Shown: positions 35,903-49,988 of the stretch, piece after piece
How positions within the stretch are numbered: the first letter of the stretch is position 1
How the letters are laid out: every line of letters begins with the position of its first letter
Source of the DNA: Chrysomallon squamiferum
Lineage: Eukaryota > Animalia > Mollusca
Direction: 5' to 3'
DNA length: 64,000 nucleotides
Assembly: GCA_012295275.1 (NCBI GenBank)
Contig: CM022676.1
Span: 10,416,001 to 10,480,000 of the forward strand
Program-made: the position numbers and the translations under genes
Notes under the pieces: generated by a model
The model's input: the letters and a program-made list of their open reading frames with translations, nothing else
Told to the model about the DNA's origin: nothing
Databases searched by the model: none

Positions 35903-36497
35903 TCAGACACAGGGAACACCCCGTATACATCAGATTTGTAAGCTAAGTTTTTTTGTTGTTTTTTTCATTATGTTATAATGTTAAAACAAATCAATAAAAT
36001 CGATATCGGAAAAGACTAATGGATTCTTTTCGTTCAAAATTTGAGTCGTTAAACCTTAAGTTATTTACGTTTAACGAATCGTTAGTATAATTAAACATTT
36101 ATTTAAGCTTTAATAAATACCATCAAAAATTCATTCCTTTTAATTCTAAAATTGTTTTAAGTTTGTTGAAGTTAGCACTTATTATACAGTGTTTGGAAAT
36201 AGATGGTACACGGAAATGTATTTCCGAGCGCTGCTGTAGTTAAGGAGAAATCGAAAACATTTAATGTAAGATAATCTAAACTGTGATGTATAAGTATAAT
36301 CACCATTGAATTGCTAAATAAGATAACAATTTAGACATTTAATTATTCAAGATAATTAAATTTTCCTTCAGGTTTTAAATGACCTGTATTTTATATACGT
36401 GCGAATTCGAACGTTCATCTTTAGAACAAGCGACTAGATACATCTTTAAACGTACCTGGAAAGCTAATAAAAATTAAATAAATAAATAAATAAATAA

Positions 36498-36536
<39 letters not shown>

Positions 36537-37082
36537 TATGATGATGATGATGGTGGTCGTTGCGGTGGTGATAGTCATTATTATTATCATCATCAATCTT
36601 TAATCATCACTACCACCAACATCACCATCATCATCATCATTATTATCATCATCATTTCAGTTACCTCCCCTTGTTTCCCATTAATTTCCATCGAATCTCA
36701 ATCGGCAATTCTCGGAAAGGAAGAACTGACTTTGACATGCGCATACAACAACAAAAAAGGAAATGCCAACATGATTTCCCTGGAGTGGGGCCGGCGAGGC
36801 AGAAATAGCAAGGTTTACTTCACGCTCGGCAGTTACGATTTCGAGAAGAACCGAGTCGCGAATTTCTTCGATGCTTCGGGAAAGAAGCTGAAGCTGGAAC
36901 ACAAGGGCACCTCGACGACAGGGTCTTTTAACCTGGTGTTTAAGAAAACAGAATGCAAAGACGTGGCTAAGTACATCTGTACCTCGAATTTCCGCACTGC
37001 GTCCAACTCGGACACAATGATATTCAAAGAAACCAATGTGACGTTTTATGGTAAGTATATATGTCTGTTGTTGTTATTGTTG

Positions 37083-37126
<44 letters not shown>

Positions 37127-37248
37127 GTTGTTGTTGTTATTATTATTAGAATGAATATGCAGTTTGAAACTTTTCTGAGCGATTAATACATGATATGGTT
37201 ATATACAAATCGTATTTTAATTAAAAAAAAGAACAACAAAAAAGAAAG

Positions 37249-37296
<48 letters not shown>

Positions 37297-38492
37297 GTAG
37301 TAGTAGTAGTAGTAGTAGTAGTTGTTGTTGTTGTTGTTGTTGTTGTAGTAGAAATAATAATAACAATAATAAATAAATAAATAAATAAATAAAAAAGAAT
37401 AAGAAATTATTATTTCATCCCATAACCTTTATTTCTTCATTCATTTTTTTTTTTTCATTCATCCGTCCGTCCTTCAGTTTATCCACTCAGTCCGGAACTG
37501 ACCATCAATCCTGACAAGTCGATATTTAACCTTCACGACGAGGTCACGTTCACGTGCACGTGCGACGTCGGCAACCCCCGGGCTTCCTGTGGTGGTTCAG
37601 CCTCAAGTCGGAGGTGGACGGGAACATGAATCTGACAGGAAAGGCAAAGACAGACGTCCCGGATCGCGACGCGAAGAGATGTTCGTACACGCGGACGAGC
37701 ACGCTGCAGATCTACATCATCAGCTCGGACCACGATTCGATAATCAGCTGCAACGTGTACAACCCGACCTTGCAGATCGTTCCGCGACTGAACAGTAGTT
37801 GTGAGAAGCTGTGTCGGATGTCTGGCAAGTTATCAGTGCTCTGTAAGTTTAGCCTACAGTAACTGAGGTAACATACAGTAACGTAGGTAACATACAGTAA
37901 CTTCGGTAACGTACAGTAACGTAGGTAACATAGAGTAACATAACACAGGTAACATACAGTAACATAGGTAACATACAGTAACATAGGTAACATTACAGCA
38001 ACATACTGTAACATACAGTAACATATGTAACAGGTAACACAGGTAACATATAGTAACATAGGTAACATACAGTAACATAGGTAACATTACAGTAACATAC
38101 TGTAACATACAGTAACATACAATAACGTATGTAACAGGTAACACAGGTAACATACAGTAACACAGGTAACATACAGTAACAGGTAACATACAGTAAGATA
38201 CAGTAACATACAGTAACATAGGTAACATAGGTAACATACAGTAACGTAGGTAATGACAGTAACGATATTGATATAATACCACAGAAACAGTAATGAGAAT
38301 TATCGAATATATACACAAATATATACATGTATACATACATACATACACATACTCATATCTATATATATAATTAGTTTAATACATACAAAAATATATATGT
38401 ACGTACATACATACATACAGGCCGATAGACAGACTATATATTCCATACACACATACTTTTATATATATATAGGTAGATAGATAGATAGATAG

Positions 38493-38535
<43 letters not shown>

Positions 38536-38700
38536 AATATAGACATGTATCTATGTATATATATATATACATATACACATAAAACACATACATACAGACA
38601 TTAGGAATAACTGATGTCTTATGATATCAGCTTTATCCTGCTTGATAAAGACATTCCATTTCTCGGACAACTGGTATCTTAAGTCAGTAATGCATTAATG

Positions 38701-38731
<31 letters not shown>

Positions 38732-39340
38732 CCAAATATAAAACAAATACTAAATTAACTGTTTTATTTCTCAGCTCCGCACTCAGTGACGTGTGCAAAG
38801 AACTGTACGTCACAACAAAATGAAACCTAACAAAACTAATTAATCTAAACTTGCAGTTAAACACTTAAGAAGTAACTTTGTAGATAACGCACAAGCACGC
38901 ACGCACACACACAGACTCACACACATACGCACATAAATAATAAGTAACGTATCGAAGTAAATAAAGTTCCGTCCAGAAAAACTGCATATTGGTCAGTGCC
39001 CGAAAATACAGAAAGGTATCTAGTCAAATCTTTTTATACAGATATATACAAACATTTTAACATATATATAGACTTATGTATTGTTGTCTTTGTATCATCG
39101 ATATTCTCTGGTCTTGTTGGCGGCCATCTGACATTTGTGAGGTTGTGATTGGACTTCGGTTTTCTGTGCCAGTGCCTTCCAGAAAACACGTGCATAAGTG
39201 AATAGAATATTTATTCGTACACGCCAACACACATGACTAGTATTACTTTTTTTAAATCAATGTGTTTAACTCTTTTTTAGCACCTTTTTACGGAGGAAGT
39301 GATTTTGGTATGTATCTGCGTTTCCTTGTTATACTTCAAC

Positions 39341-39430
<90 letters not shown>

Positions 39431-40174
39431 CTCTCTTATTATTGTATTTCTTTCCATTAAATATTTTAAACTGTCTATGAAACAAAGATGCCTTCACAAA
39501 TAATAATTAAATAAATAAATAATGATGATGATGATGATAATAACAGTCAAAACACGTCAGATCAAGTGTCTATTCAATATCGGTTAATTTAATAATTAAG
39601 TAATCACTATATGGATTTCATTTTATAAAATTTGCCGATCGGTGATAATCGGTAACTAAGGAAAGCAAACATTACTGTCTCTGTACCGTTCAGTTACAGC
39701 AGACGGCAAAAAATGGAACATACACATACACAAATACAAATTGACACCTGCATGTTAGTGAAATTTGCCGATCGCTAATATTCGGGAACTTAGAGAAAGC
39801 AGATGTTATTTTGACTGTGCAATTCATTTCTAGCAGACGACAAAACAAAAGTGCGCGCGCACACATACACGTAGACAGATATATACGAACTGACACCTAC
39901 ATAGTTTTGTTGAAGTGTCGGTCGAATTTGTTATATTATCTGGCTGCATAGCATATGTAAGTAAAAAATTTATGTTTTAGCATTTATTTATTTATATATT
40001 TATTTATTTATTTACTTATTTACTTATTTATTTATTTTTGAATATAGGGCCCTATTATAGTGCTTGCTACAAATCTTAGTCTGGCCCTGACCATGTATAC
40101 GCAAAATAAGTTCGCTAAGGTGCTTTTTATTTATTTATTCATTTTGTAGCTTTTATATTATTATTATTATTATG

Positions 40175-40238
<64 letters not shown>

Positions 40239-40761
40239 AATAATCAAACAATATCGTTGTTTTTTTCAGGCAAAATGGAGATTGTGACTGGGTTTCTGAT
40301 ACTGTCCGCCATCATGTTTGTTACTACATGTATAATGATTGCAATTTTCAGATGCATTAAAAAATCGGGCGAAGATCAAGGTACATTTTTATTTACGTAA
40401 CATACGTTTTATTTCTATATTATTTCTAAAATAAAATGTTACATGCTAGTATATAAGTATGCAGTTGTGTTTGTGTTTGTGTTTGTGTGTGTGTGTGTGC
40501 GTGTGCGAATGTATATTTATGTAAATGTCTCTGTTTGTGTATCTGTGTGTGTGTCTCAGTGTCACGTGATTAATATGTCCCCGTGTTTATGTATGTACAT
40601 GTGTCTGCATGTCTGCGTGTGTTCATATTTATGTGTGTATATGTAATGGTCAGTTATATCCCAATCTAGACAGTGCTCCACGGCTTGCTAATCATATGTA
40701 TTATCATTTTTTGTTTCAGACAATTCATCAGTTATTATGTGTGTGTGTGTGTGTGTGTGTG

Positions 40762-40799
<38 letters not shown>

Positions 40800-40963
40800 T
40801 GTTTTATGTGATTATCAAAAATTTAATATTAACGCAACAGAATAATCCTCAAACCGCTCTATTTCATATATTTTTTTTAAATTGTCTCTTTAAATTTATT
40901 TATTTATTTATTTATTTATTTATTTCTCGTCTTTCAGAAACGTCGGATGAGGCAGCCACCTAA
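35346..40963 (+). CDS. G6: V-C2 Ig receptor with an apparent 1-bp frameshift in the C2 exon (exons 35346-35412, 36661-37050, 37478-37842, 39281-39307, 40270-40380, 40938-40963)
   Basis: Leader MSVFSSSSPFTFGCFIFIVCCL|gtaag; linker SPFYGGSDF; TM IVTGFLILSAIMFVTTCIMIAIF; last exon ETSDEAAT-stop. The C2 exon is 365 nt, one short of in-frame, so this is either a pseudogene allele or an assembly error. Confidence 0.7.
36661..37050 (+). CDS. G6 V-type Ig exon
   Basis: 390 nt; LTLTCAY...SLEWGRR...LVFKKTECKDVAKYICTS, donor |gtaagt. Confidence 0.88.
37478..37842 (+). CDS. G6 C2-type Ig exon (frameshift at the C-run 37575-37579)
   Basis: One frame gives VYPLSPELTINPDKSIFNLHDEVTFTCTCDVGNP; another frame continues PGFLWWF...RCSYTRTSTL...ISCNV...CEKLC. 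Confidence 0.8.
37857..38265. repeat. 9-10 bp minisatellite (gtaacataca / gtaacatag)
   Basis: Direct tandem array immediately after the G6 C2 donor. Confidence 0.9.
40270..40380 (+). CDS. G6 TM exon
   Basis: 111 nt; GKMEIVTGFLILSAIMFVTTCIMIAIFRCIKKSGEDQ. Confidence 0.8.
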
Positions 40964-41197
40964 CTGTACAAAATACGAATATTTAAAAAAAAAAAAAAAA
41001 GAAAATTAAGAATAAGTTTCTGTATTGAGATAGAAGATAAGAAATACAGATATATAACAGTAACTAAAGACGTGTGTATGTATGTGTATGTATTCATGCA
41101 TGTATTTATGTATGTATGTGTGCATGTGTGTGTGTGTATGTGTGTATATATATATATACACACACACATATATACACATACATACATATATATATAT

Positions 41198-41252
<55 letters not shown>

Positions 41253-41648
41253 CTTGTTTATAATCTGTTCAGCATGGATGTTACTATGATCCTTATTTCA
41301 TCGTCCTCATCTTTGTCTTAATCATTGCATTTATCATTAGCTTAATGTACGTTATTGTTACTATTATGGATGTGATAAGAATCTGGTTTAAAAATAGCCT
41401 CCACAGCATAAGTAATGATTATCCTTATAATCGTCTTTTATAAGCACTATCGTGATCAGTATTATTGTTATAATCATCTTTATCACTGTTATAATTTGAT
41501 CATCCGTTAGTATCATTCGCCTCCTCTTCATCATCATCATCATCAACATCAAAATCATCATTATCATCAGTGTCGTTGTTATTGGTGATGGTGGTCATAA
41601 TGGAAATAGTAGTGTCATGATGGTAAAGGCAATATCAAACATAATAAA

Positions 41649-41683
<35 letters not shown>

Positions 41684-41745
41684 GAAGAAGAAAAGAAGAA
41701 GAAGAAGAAAAAGAATACTTATAGTTTTAATAATACTAATGATAA

Positions 41746-41780
<35 letters not shown>

Positions 41781-41926
41781 ATATGAGTATAAAGCAAAGA
41801 TTAAATCGTGAAAATACTTCGAACAGTGGATTGTGAACCTGTTTCTGTAGTTATTTCTTTACTGTGACCGGCTACGTATTTAAGTATATGCATATACATA
41901 TGTAAATACTAACGCACACGCAAGCT

Positions 41927-41978
<52 letters not shown>

Positions 41979-42320
41979 TTAACAAAAATAAAATATTCAC
42001 AGTTAAACCATATTAGCTCTTAAGAGCAAAACCAAAGTGTATTATAATTTAGACAAAAACATGTAAAATAATTATGGTGATGTACGTTTTTGACCATTTC
42101 AGAAACATCATTTGTAAATTTGTTCCATCTTTTAATACGTCTTTTAAAACGTGTAATTTATTTTAGAGGATTTTGCAGAGTTATCTGCAAAGCTATGTCA
42201 CTGAATTAAGAATTATAATAAACATGTTCAAAAGACATTTGGTGATTTTTTGTTTTCTTTTGTTTCCATTTGTCTATCTACCTATCTATTTATATGATGA
42301 TTTATTGATTTGTTTGTTTG

Positions 42321-42399
<79 letters not shown>

Positions 42400-42680
42400 A
42401 GTTTGGAATTGGAATTTTTAATATCAGTCAACCGAACAATATATTATTTTTCGCTTAATTCCGGGACATATCGCTTTTCATTACGAAAAAAGACGAGATC
42501 AGCCGAGTTAATGTGTTATTTTAGGATGATTATTTGACGTCATTTTTTTAATTTGATGACGTTTTACTAAAAATGCATTTATAAGAAAGGTGATAAAGAA
42601 AGGGACAGTTTCTTCGTTTTTCTTTATTTGTAAGTTTACGAAAGAAAAATAAGTAAATACTGTAAAACTGTATCAACAAA

Positions 42681-42843
42681 ATGGCTAGGATTCCACAAAG
42701 TTTATTTTCCGTTTCAGTTGTTCTTGTTTACATCCAAGGTAAGCATTTAGATTTGTTGGTTGTGTAATATATTTCTGTCTCTAAATTACACATGGTTTTT
42801 GGTATTATTTGAAAATACAAATATAATTAACAGATCGTTTAAT

Positions 42844-42899
<56 letters not shown>

Positions 42900-44062
42900 C
42901 AGTAACTAATACGAATGTCAAGTTAATGTACGTTACAGTTTCTTATAAACATGTATATTATTATAATTATAATTATAATTATAATTATTATTATTATTAT
43001 TATTATATTAAAGGACAAAAACAAAATAATAATAATAATAATAAAAATAAAAAACCAACATATTTTTTAAGAATAATAAATAAACAACAAACTAGAAATC
43101 ATATTTTGCCTAAACTCTTTCTCAACGACTCCACCATTTTGTTTCAGAATTTTGGTTTTCCGAATGCATAATTATCGAGCTGACAAAAACCCAGGCAGTC
43201 ATAGGCAAGCGTCCCTTAAATCTCGAATGCAAATTTTCCGGAGAAAATACGACCGAAGTGAAACAGGTGACGATATCCAGAAGAACGGAAACGGAGTTCG
43301 ATTATCACCCCTTGGTTGTCTACTCCACCGGAAGTCAACCCACTTTCGTGGAAAAGGAATTAGCGAAACGAATTAACCTCGAGAGTGATAAATATTTTCT
43401 GCGTCTGATTTTCACGGAGGTTTTGTGTTCGGACGAAGCGACGTACAAATGCGAAGTTTCTTTCACGAGCGAAAATAAACTTTTGACAGAATTCGAAACA
43501 GCAGAATTGGATCTCATAGGTCTGTATGAATGAATGAATGAAAGAATGAATGAATGGTTGGTTGGATGGATGGATGGATGGATGGATGGATGGATGAACG
43601 GATGAATGAATCACTGGACTGAAGAAATGAAAGAAAGCAGGCTGAATGAATGAAATCATGGAAAGAATGAAGGAAGATAGAATACTATGGATGGAATGAA
43701 TGACAAAAAAAGAAAGAAAGAAAAGGCTGAATTATTGGCTGGATTGAATGAAAGAAGGCTGAATGAATGAAATGGAAGGAATGAAGTTCGAATGCACGTA
43801 TGGAAGGGATGAAAGAAGGATGAAAGGAATGAAAGAAGGGAATAAAAGAAATCTGGATGAAATATTGCAAATAACGTAAGACGACAGAATGGATGAAAAG
43901 AAGATTGAATAGATGAATGAAAAGAAGATTGAATAGATGAATGAAAAGAATGAAAGAAAGTTGAATGAACTAAAGGATGGAATGAAAGAACGCTGAATAA
44001 ACGTAATATTGGAAGGAATGAAAGAAGGCTAAATGAATAAAATAAAAGGAATGAAAGAAAGA

Positions 44063-44143
<81 letters not shown>

Positions 44144-45188
44144 TGGGTTTTTTGGATTAAACCATGAAGGTCAGTTTTTGTTGATTAATTTTGGTGGTTG
44201 ATATAAATGACCTAACTGCATATACAGTTCATTTTAAGGTAAAATTTTATTAAATAATACAATATACCTTTACTAATAATAAAGTATGTAAAAATTAACA
44301 CCATGTCCATTCTTACAAACAAAACACATGGATAAATAATTCGTTTATATATATATCTGTATACACATAATATATATATATATACACACACATATATATG
44401 TATGTAGAAGATACACACAAACTGAAGTCATATTTAACATCTGTGCATTATTATAAGTGTTATTTTATTCAACGTTTATTATTAGCAAAGTTTGGTGGTC
44501 CAAAAAAAAAAAAAAAAAAACCTCAAAACAAACAACAACACAAAATCAACAACAAATCAAACAAACACAAAAACAAACAGAAATGTCAGAGTACGCCAAA
44601 AAAAAAAAAAATATATATATATAATAAAAATAATAATAAAAAAAACAATCATTTCTTTATTTAACACAGGGTTGCCCCAGAAACCCAAGTCGATGAAAGT
44701 AGTTCCTGACAAGTCGGTTTTCAGCGAAGACGAGGCGGTGACCATCACGTGTTTTACAAATGTCGGACGACCGCCATCTTGGTTCGTGTTTCTGCTGGTA
44801 CATCAGAACGGTACGCAGACGAACATCAGCCACCAAACGGTCCAAGAGACGACGTATCTGTCAAAAGGACGTTATCCGTGTACATATGAGCAGAAGAGTT
44901 CGTTGTCGCTGTATCTGAGAAACATCAACAATGCCGTACGATTTCGCTGCAAAATATTCAACCCTGATTTTCCAGGGAGGACGTATGTTGAAGGCTGTGA
45001 CGACATGTGCTTGGAAACGCAACCATTGGTTGTTACGGGTATGGAGTTTATTTTGGGTTTTTTTTTTTTTTTAATTATTATTTTTTTTAATTTATTGTTG
45101 TTGTTCTTCTTCTAAAGTTTGGTCATACGGTTTCATCAGATTTCTCTTGAATACGACTTAGTGGGGTTTTTTTTAAATTAAATTATTT

Positions 45189-45267
<79 letters not shown>

Positions 45268-47720
45268 GTCATAACTAACAATTATTGTGTGTGTGTGTTT
45301 TTGTGTGTATAGATAGATAGACAGACAGATAGATATAGATATAGGTTTTTTTCCTCAGATTTGAAGTGTTGTTCGTATTTGTATTCGCTAATAAGCGCTA
45401 AAAAGTGTTGTTTGTATTTATTTTAATAGCGCTAAAAAGTGTTGTTTGTATTTACTTTAATAGCGCTAAAAAGTGTTGTTTGTATTTATTTTAATAGCGC
45501 TAAAAAGGGTTGTTTGTATTTGTTTACTGGCACTCAAAATTGCCGCGTGCTTGACGAAGTGATGCCTGCAGAGGTCAATCATTATAGACGGATGTGACGT
45601 AATACTGCAGTAATAATCGGCACGTTTCACTGCGAATTTGGGGCACAAGGGTGGCCCCAGGAAAGTGCTGCCATCCTATTCCTGTGTAGGGGAAACACTA
45701 TGTTTTATACATGTGTGTGTCTGTGGGTCCGTGTGTCCGTGTTTTTATTATTATAATTTTTTTTAAATTATTATTCAGATATTCATTCTGCAAAAGGGGT
45801 TCATCTGTCACATCATCGATATGAATCAGCCGTAGAAACATTTTTGGGGCCTTGGCAACATCTTGAAAAAAAAGACGGTAAAAATGTATTAACAGTCTTT
45901 TTGTGTTTCGATGCTTTTGTCGTATAACAGAGAGAAAGAAAGAAAGAAAGAAAGAGGAGTTACAGAAAGGACAGAACCGGAGGAAGTCAGTGGGAGTGAA
46001 GGAGGTTGGGGGTAGGGTGAGGGAGGGAGGGAGGGAGAGAAAGAGACAATCCATTAATATTACAGTGATTAATACTATTATTACTACTACTGTTACTAAT
46101 ACTACTACTACTACTACTACTAACTGATTATTAATTGTATAAGTACTACTAAATTGAATAGTAATGTTTCTGAAGGGTTAATTTTTAAAAGTATTAATAT
46201 TAGCAGTAGTACTGTTGTTACTTTTATTTATTATTAATTATTATGATGATGATAATGTTGTTGTCATTGTTATTATTGCTGATAAGTTATTATTTATTAC
46301 TTATTATTATCGTTTATTATTATTATTATTAATGTTATTATTATTTATTAGTAGTAGTATTGTTTTTGTTGTTACTATTATTATTATTCCTTGTTGTTGT
46401 TGTTCTTCGTCTTCTTCTTCTTCTTCTTCTTATTATTATTATTCCTTGTTGTTGTTGTTCTTCGTCTTCTTCTTCTTCTTCTTATTATTATTATAATAAT
46501 TTAACGAAGATAAATATTTTTTTCAGGTTATAACTCTCTGACGATTATTGTGCTCACGGTGATCACAGCCTCCGCCCTGATTGTCAACACCCTGACCTAT
46601 TTTATTTATCACACGCACAACGTTGTCGGTGCGTGTGCGTAGTTGCAGAATTAAACACTGATCGTTAACGTACAACACCGATTCATGTTTTCACACAGCG
46701 ATAACCAGAAAGTAATTTGAAATAAAGGATTATGAAGACAAAGGAAAACACAGATGCATGCACACGCGCACACACACACACACACATCCAAGCACGTGTA
46801 CATACATACATACATACATACATACATACGCAGGTAGTTAAAAATAACTGTATATTTCAGTCAATATGTAAATTGATGAAACAATTTTATTATTATTACT
46901 GTTATTATTATTATTATTATTATTGTCGTTGTTATTATTGTTATCTTACAATGGTAATTGTGTTACTATCATTATTACTGTGATTACTGTTAATATTATT
47001 ATCATCATCAACATAATTATTATTATTATTGAGTTTCAAATACCATAACAATACCATTAAATATACTTTTTATTTATTTTAATATATTTATTGTAATTGT
47101 GTTACTATTATTACTGCCATTATAATTGTGAATATTACCATCATCTTATATCATAATTATTATTATAATTGTAGTTTCAGTTACCAGTAAAAGTAATTTT
47201 TATTTATTTACTTAGTTATTTATTTTATTACATTTTCAGATAGTGATAAAGAACAAAAAGATACTAAGGTATTTATAGTTATATTATTTTATTAAATTAT
47301 TATTTCTTTGTTTCTTCTTTATGTTTTTCTTGTATATCTTTTTTCTCTTTCTTTCACAATATGTATCATAAACTTTTTTTTTTTCTTTTTTAAACATAAA
47401 TATTAATGATTAGCTGTGCAGAAATAGGTGTGTTTCTGTGCAAGTAAAGTTTATAACTAGTATTAACACAATCACACACACACACACAGTCACACTTAAA
47501 AATACATATAGTTATGAATATTACGTAATTATTTTTAATTATCAACATCATTAATATCATCATCATTATTGTTATTGATATTATCGTTGTTATTATCATA
47601 TCATCGTTTTTGTTGCGTGTATTATTATCAGCATTGATTTTATTATTGTTATTGTTATTGTTATTACTGTTGTTGTTATTTTCAGCTGGGGATAGTGAGC
47701 ACAGACAAACTATTACATGA
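42681..47720 (+). CDS. G7: V-C2 Ig receptor (exons 42681-42738, 43148-43519, 44670-45038, 45779-45877, 46527-46628; tail candidates 47240-47268, 47686-47720, 49767-49804)
   Basis: Leader MARIPQSLFSVSVVLVYIQ|gtaagc; phase-1 junctions through TM LTIIVLTVITASALIVNTLTYFIY. The tail structure is ambiguous. Confidence 0.72.
43148..43519 (+). CDS. G7 V-type Ig exon
   Basis: 372 nt; LNLECKF...VTISRR...LIFTEVLCSDEATYKCEV. Confidence 0.85.
44670..45038 (+). CDS. G7 C2-type Ig exon
   Basis: 369 nt; ITCFTNVGRPPSWF...PCTYEQKSSL...FRCKI...CDDMC. Confidence 0.88.
45365..45520. repeat. ~34-35 bp tandem repeat (aaagtgttgtttgtatttattttaatagcgcta)
   Basis: About four copies in a G7 intron. Confidence 0.8.
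46527..46628 (+). CDS. G7 TM exon
   Basis: tttcag|GYNSLTIIVLTVITASALIVNTLTYFIYHTHNVV|gtgcgt, or read-through to TAG at 46642. Confidence 0.75.
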
Positions 47721-48054
47721 CCCATTCTCAAAAGGTGAACTGTACTGATGGTTACCTGCTTTGCCATGTTAAAATTGAACCTACTTTTTCACCATCTTTT
47801 TTTCACCGTATTGTACATATAGTAAAAAATTACATATGATAACAAGGTGTTTGTAATGTTAACAAAAAAAACAACCCCAAAATCAATGGATTATTTGAGC
47901 AAACGAACTGAAAAGTGTAAAAAAAAAATTCTGGATGAAAGCATGAAGCAAGCAACAGTATTCAAACAGTTTTAAAATGCCATTAACTCTATCCAAAACA
48001 AAACAGATTTATAGATTGATAACACATTGGTAGTTCTTGCCATGATAATAATGT

Positions 48055-48099
<45 letters not shown>

Positions 48100-49436
48100 A
48101 AACTTTGTCGAGTTCTTAACTTCGGTGCTTAGTTGCCAAGAGAAATTTTGCAATTCACAGTTCGGTGAAAAAAAAATGAATAAATTACTTATAAAACGTT
48201 CATCAGTGTTTTTGCCTCTGAGTAATAATTCGTTTGCATTGTTTATGTTAAATATTAAGAAATTTTACATAGCCTTAGTGGACTTTTCTATTTCTGTCGA
48301 TGAATTCTCGTCACTTCGTCGTCCAAGCAAAGTCAAATCCTGAAGAAAAAAAAACAACTATTAAATACCTCGAAGTGCCAATCGAAGTTTTGTATAATCA
48401 TACGTATAATCCATATGACAATCGATGACAACAAAGTCGAAATAAAGACATTATAAGCAGTTTGTTATTTTCGTCATTGAACTGAAAAAATCCGTCCAAC
48501 CACATTTTACATACGGGCAGTCTAGCCGATATAATTGGTCAGAACTGTTAAAAGTTCAGGTTTCGTCCATTTTCCTCCACTCCCAAATCCCTTCTGTAAA
48601 ACCTTACCATGAAAAACAAATATGTGGAAAAAAAGATTTTTATGTGTTCTTTTAAATCAATCCTTTGTAGTTAGATAATTTTTGCTTATTGATAAGCTCC
48701 ATCAGAGAAAATTTCAACAATGGTCTGATGATAGGTAACTTTTGTTTGCTGTCAAATCACAGCAAGTATAAAGCTAAGAAAATTATTTTATGTTTGCTTC
48801 AAATGATAGACTTATAACACATGTGTCTTTAATTACATACATTTTATTTATACCTGCAACACCTTTCTGGAGTTGACTCCAAGGATTAGCTGAGTTTTGG
48901 TACTGCAGAAGATTATGGTTAAGCATCAAATGCTGGTAGTCTTTTTAGGTAACATTTATATTTATAAACTGTATTTGTGAAATGTAAAAACGTGGCTTTG
49001 CAATTCTTTTCAAGGTTACACTTGACATAAAATAAAAAAAAAAAAAAAAAAAAAATGAATTAAAAGGACCATAACTGGATGTTATTGATGATGAAATGAC
49101 ATTTTCCTTCTAAATCAACCAAAAAAAGAGTATTTATTAAATAATAATTTTTTCAGATGTTTGAATTAGCCAATGTAAGTTAGTGCATGTCTAGCAACAA
49201 GTTCCAGTTATTATCACATTTTGTTCGACTTCTTTTCATGTCATATGTCACATCCAGTGACATTGTGTTTTTTAAGATGATGACCTTTAACATCAACAAA
49301 CAAGTGTCAAACTATCTTCTAGTTCTCAAATTTATGAACAATAAAACTAAGACTTTCCATTAATATTAGCATTTCTGTTTAAAAATAATTTACAAAATGG
49401 TGCTTTTTTGTCAAGGCTCACCTTTTGAGAATGGGT
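47720..49436. mobile_element. Putative non-autonomous DNA transposon, ~1.7 kb
   Basis: Perfect 19-bp inverted repeat ACCCATTCTCAAAAGGTGA (47720) / TCACCTTTTGAGAATGGGT (49418-49436). The interior is largely free of microsatellites, and no transposase ORF was recognised. Confidence 0.6.
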
Positions 49437-49461
49437 AATATACATAAATGTTGTTGTTTTT

Positions 49462-49499
<38 letters not shown>

Positions 49500-49559
49500 T
49501 TCAGTTGGGGCCTGTGAAAAAAGACATTAATATTAACATAAATATTGTTGTTGTTGCTG

Positions 49560-49593
<34 letters not shown>

Positions 49594-49703
49594 TTTACTA
49601 TTATTATTATTATTTTTACTACTATTATTATTATTATTATTATTTTCATTAGGGCCTGTGAGAAAAGACATTAATATTAACATAAATATTGTTGTTGTTG
49701 CTG

Positions 49704-49739
<36 letters not shown>

Positions 49740-49921
49740 TTTTATTATTATTATTATTATTTTCAGCTGGGGGCAGTAAGCAAAGACAAAGTATTGGCAG
49801 ATAAAATCTGAGAAAACCTCCAGTTTTTTCACTCAGGAAAACAAATATTAAATACTTATAAACATGTCCATTAAGTACTGTTAGCTAATAAACATAATCA
49901 GTTAAACTATACATTTTTCTG

Positions 49922-49988
<67 letters not shown>

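Noticed and set aside
40720-40740. Possible G6 tail exon DNSSVI resembling G9 DDSSVK
   Set aside because: It runs into a (GT)n tract with no convincing in-phase donor, so it cannot be supported.
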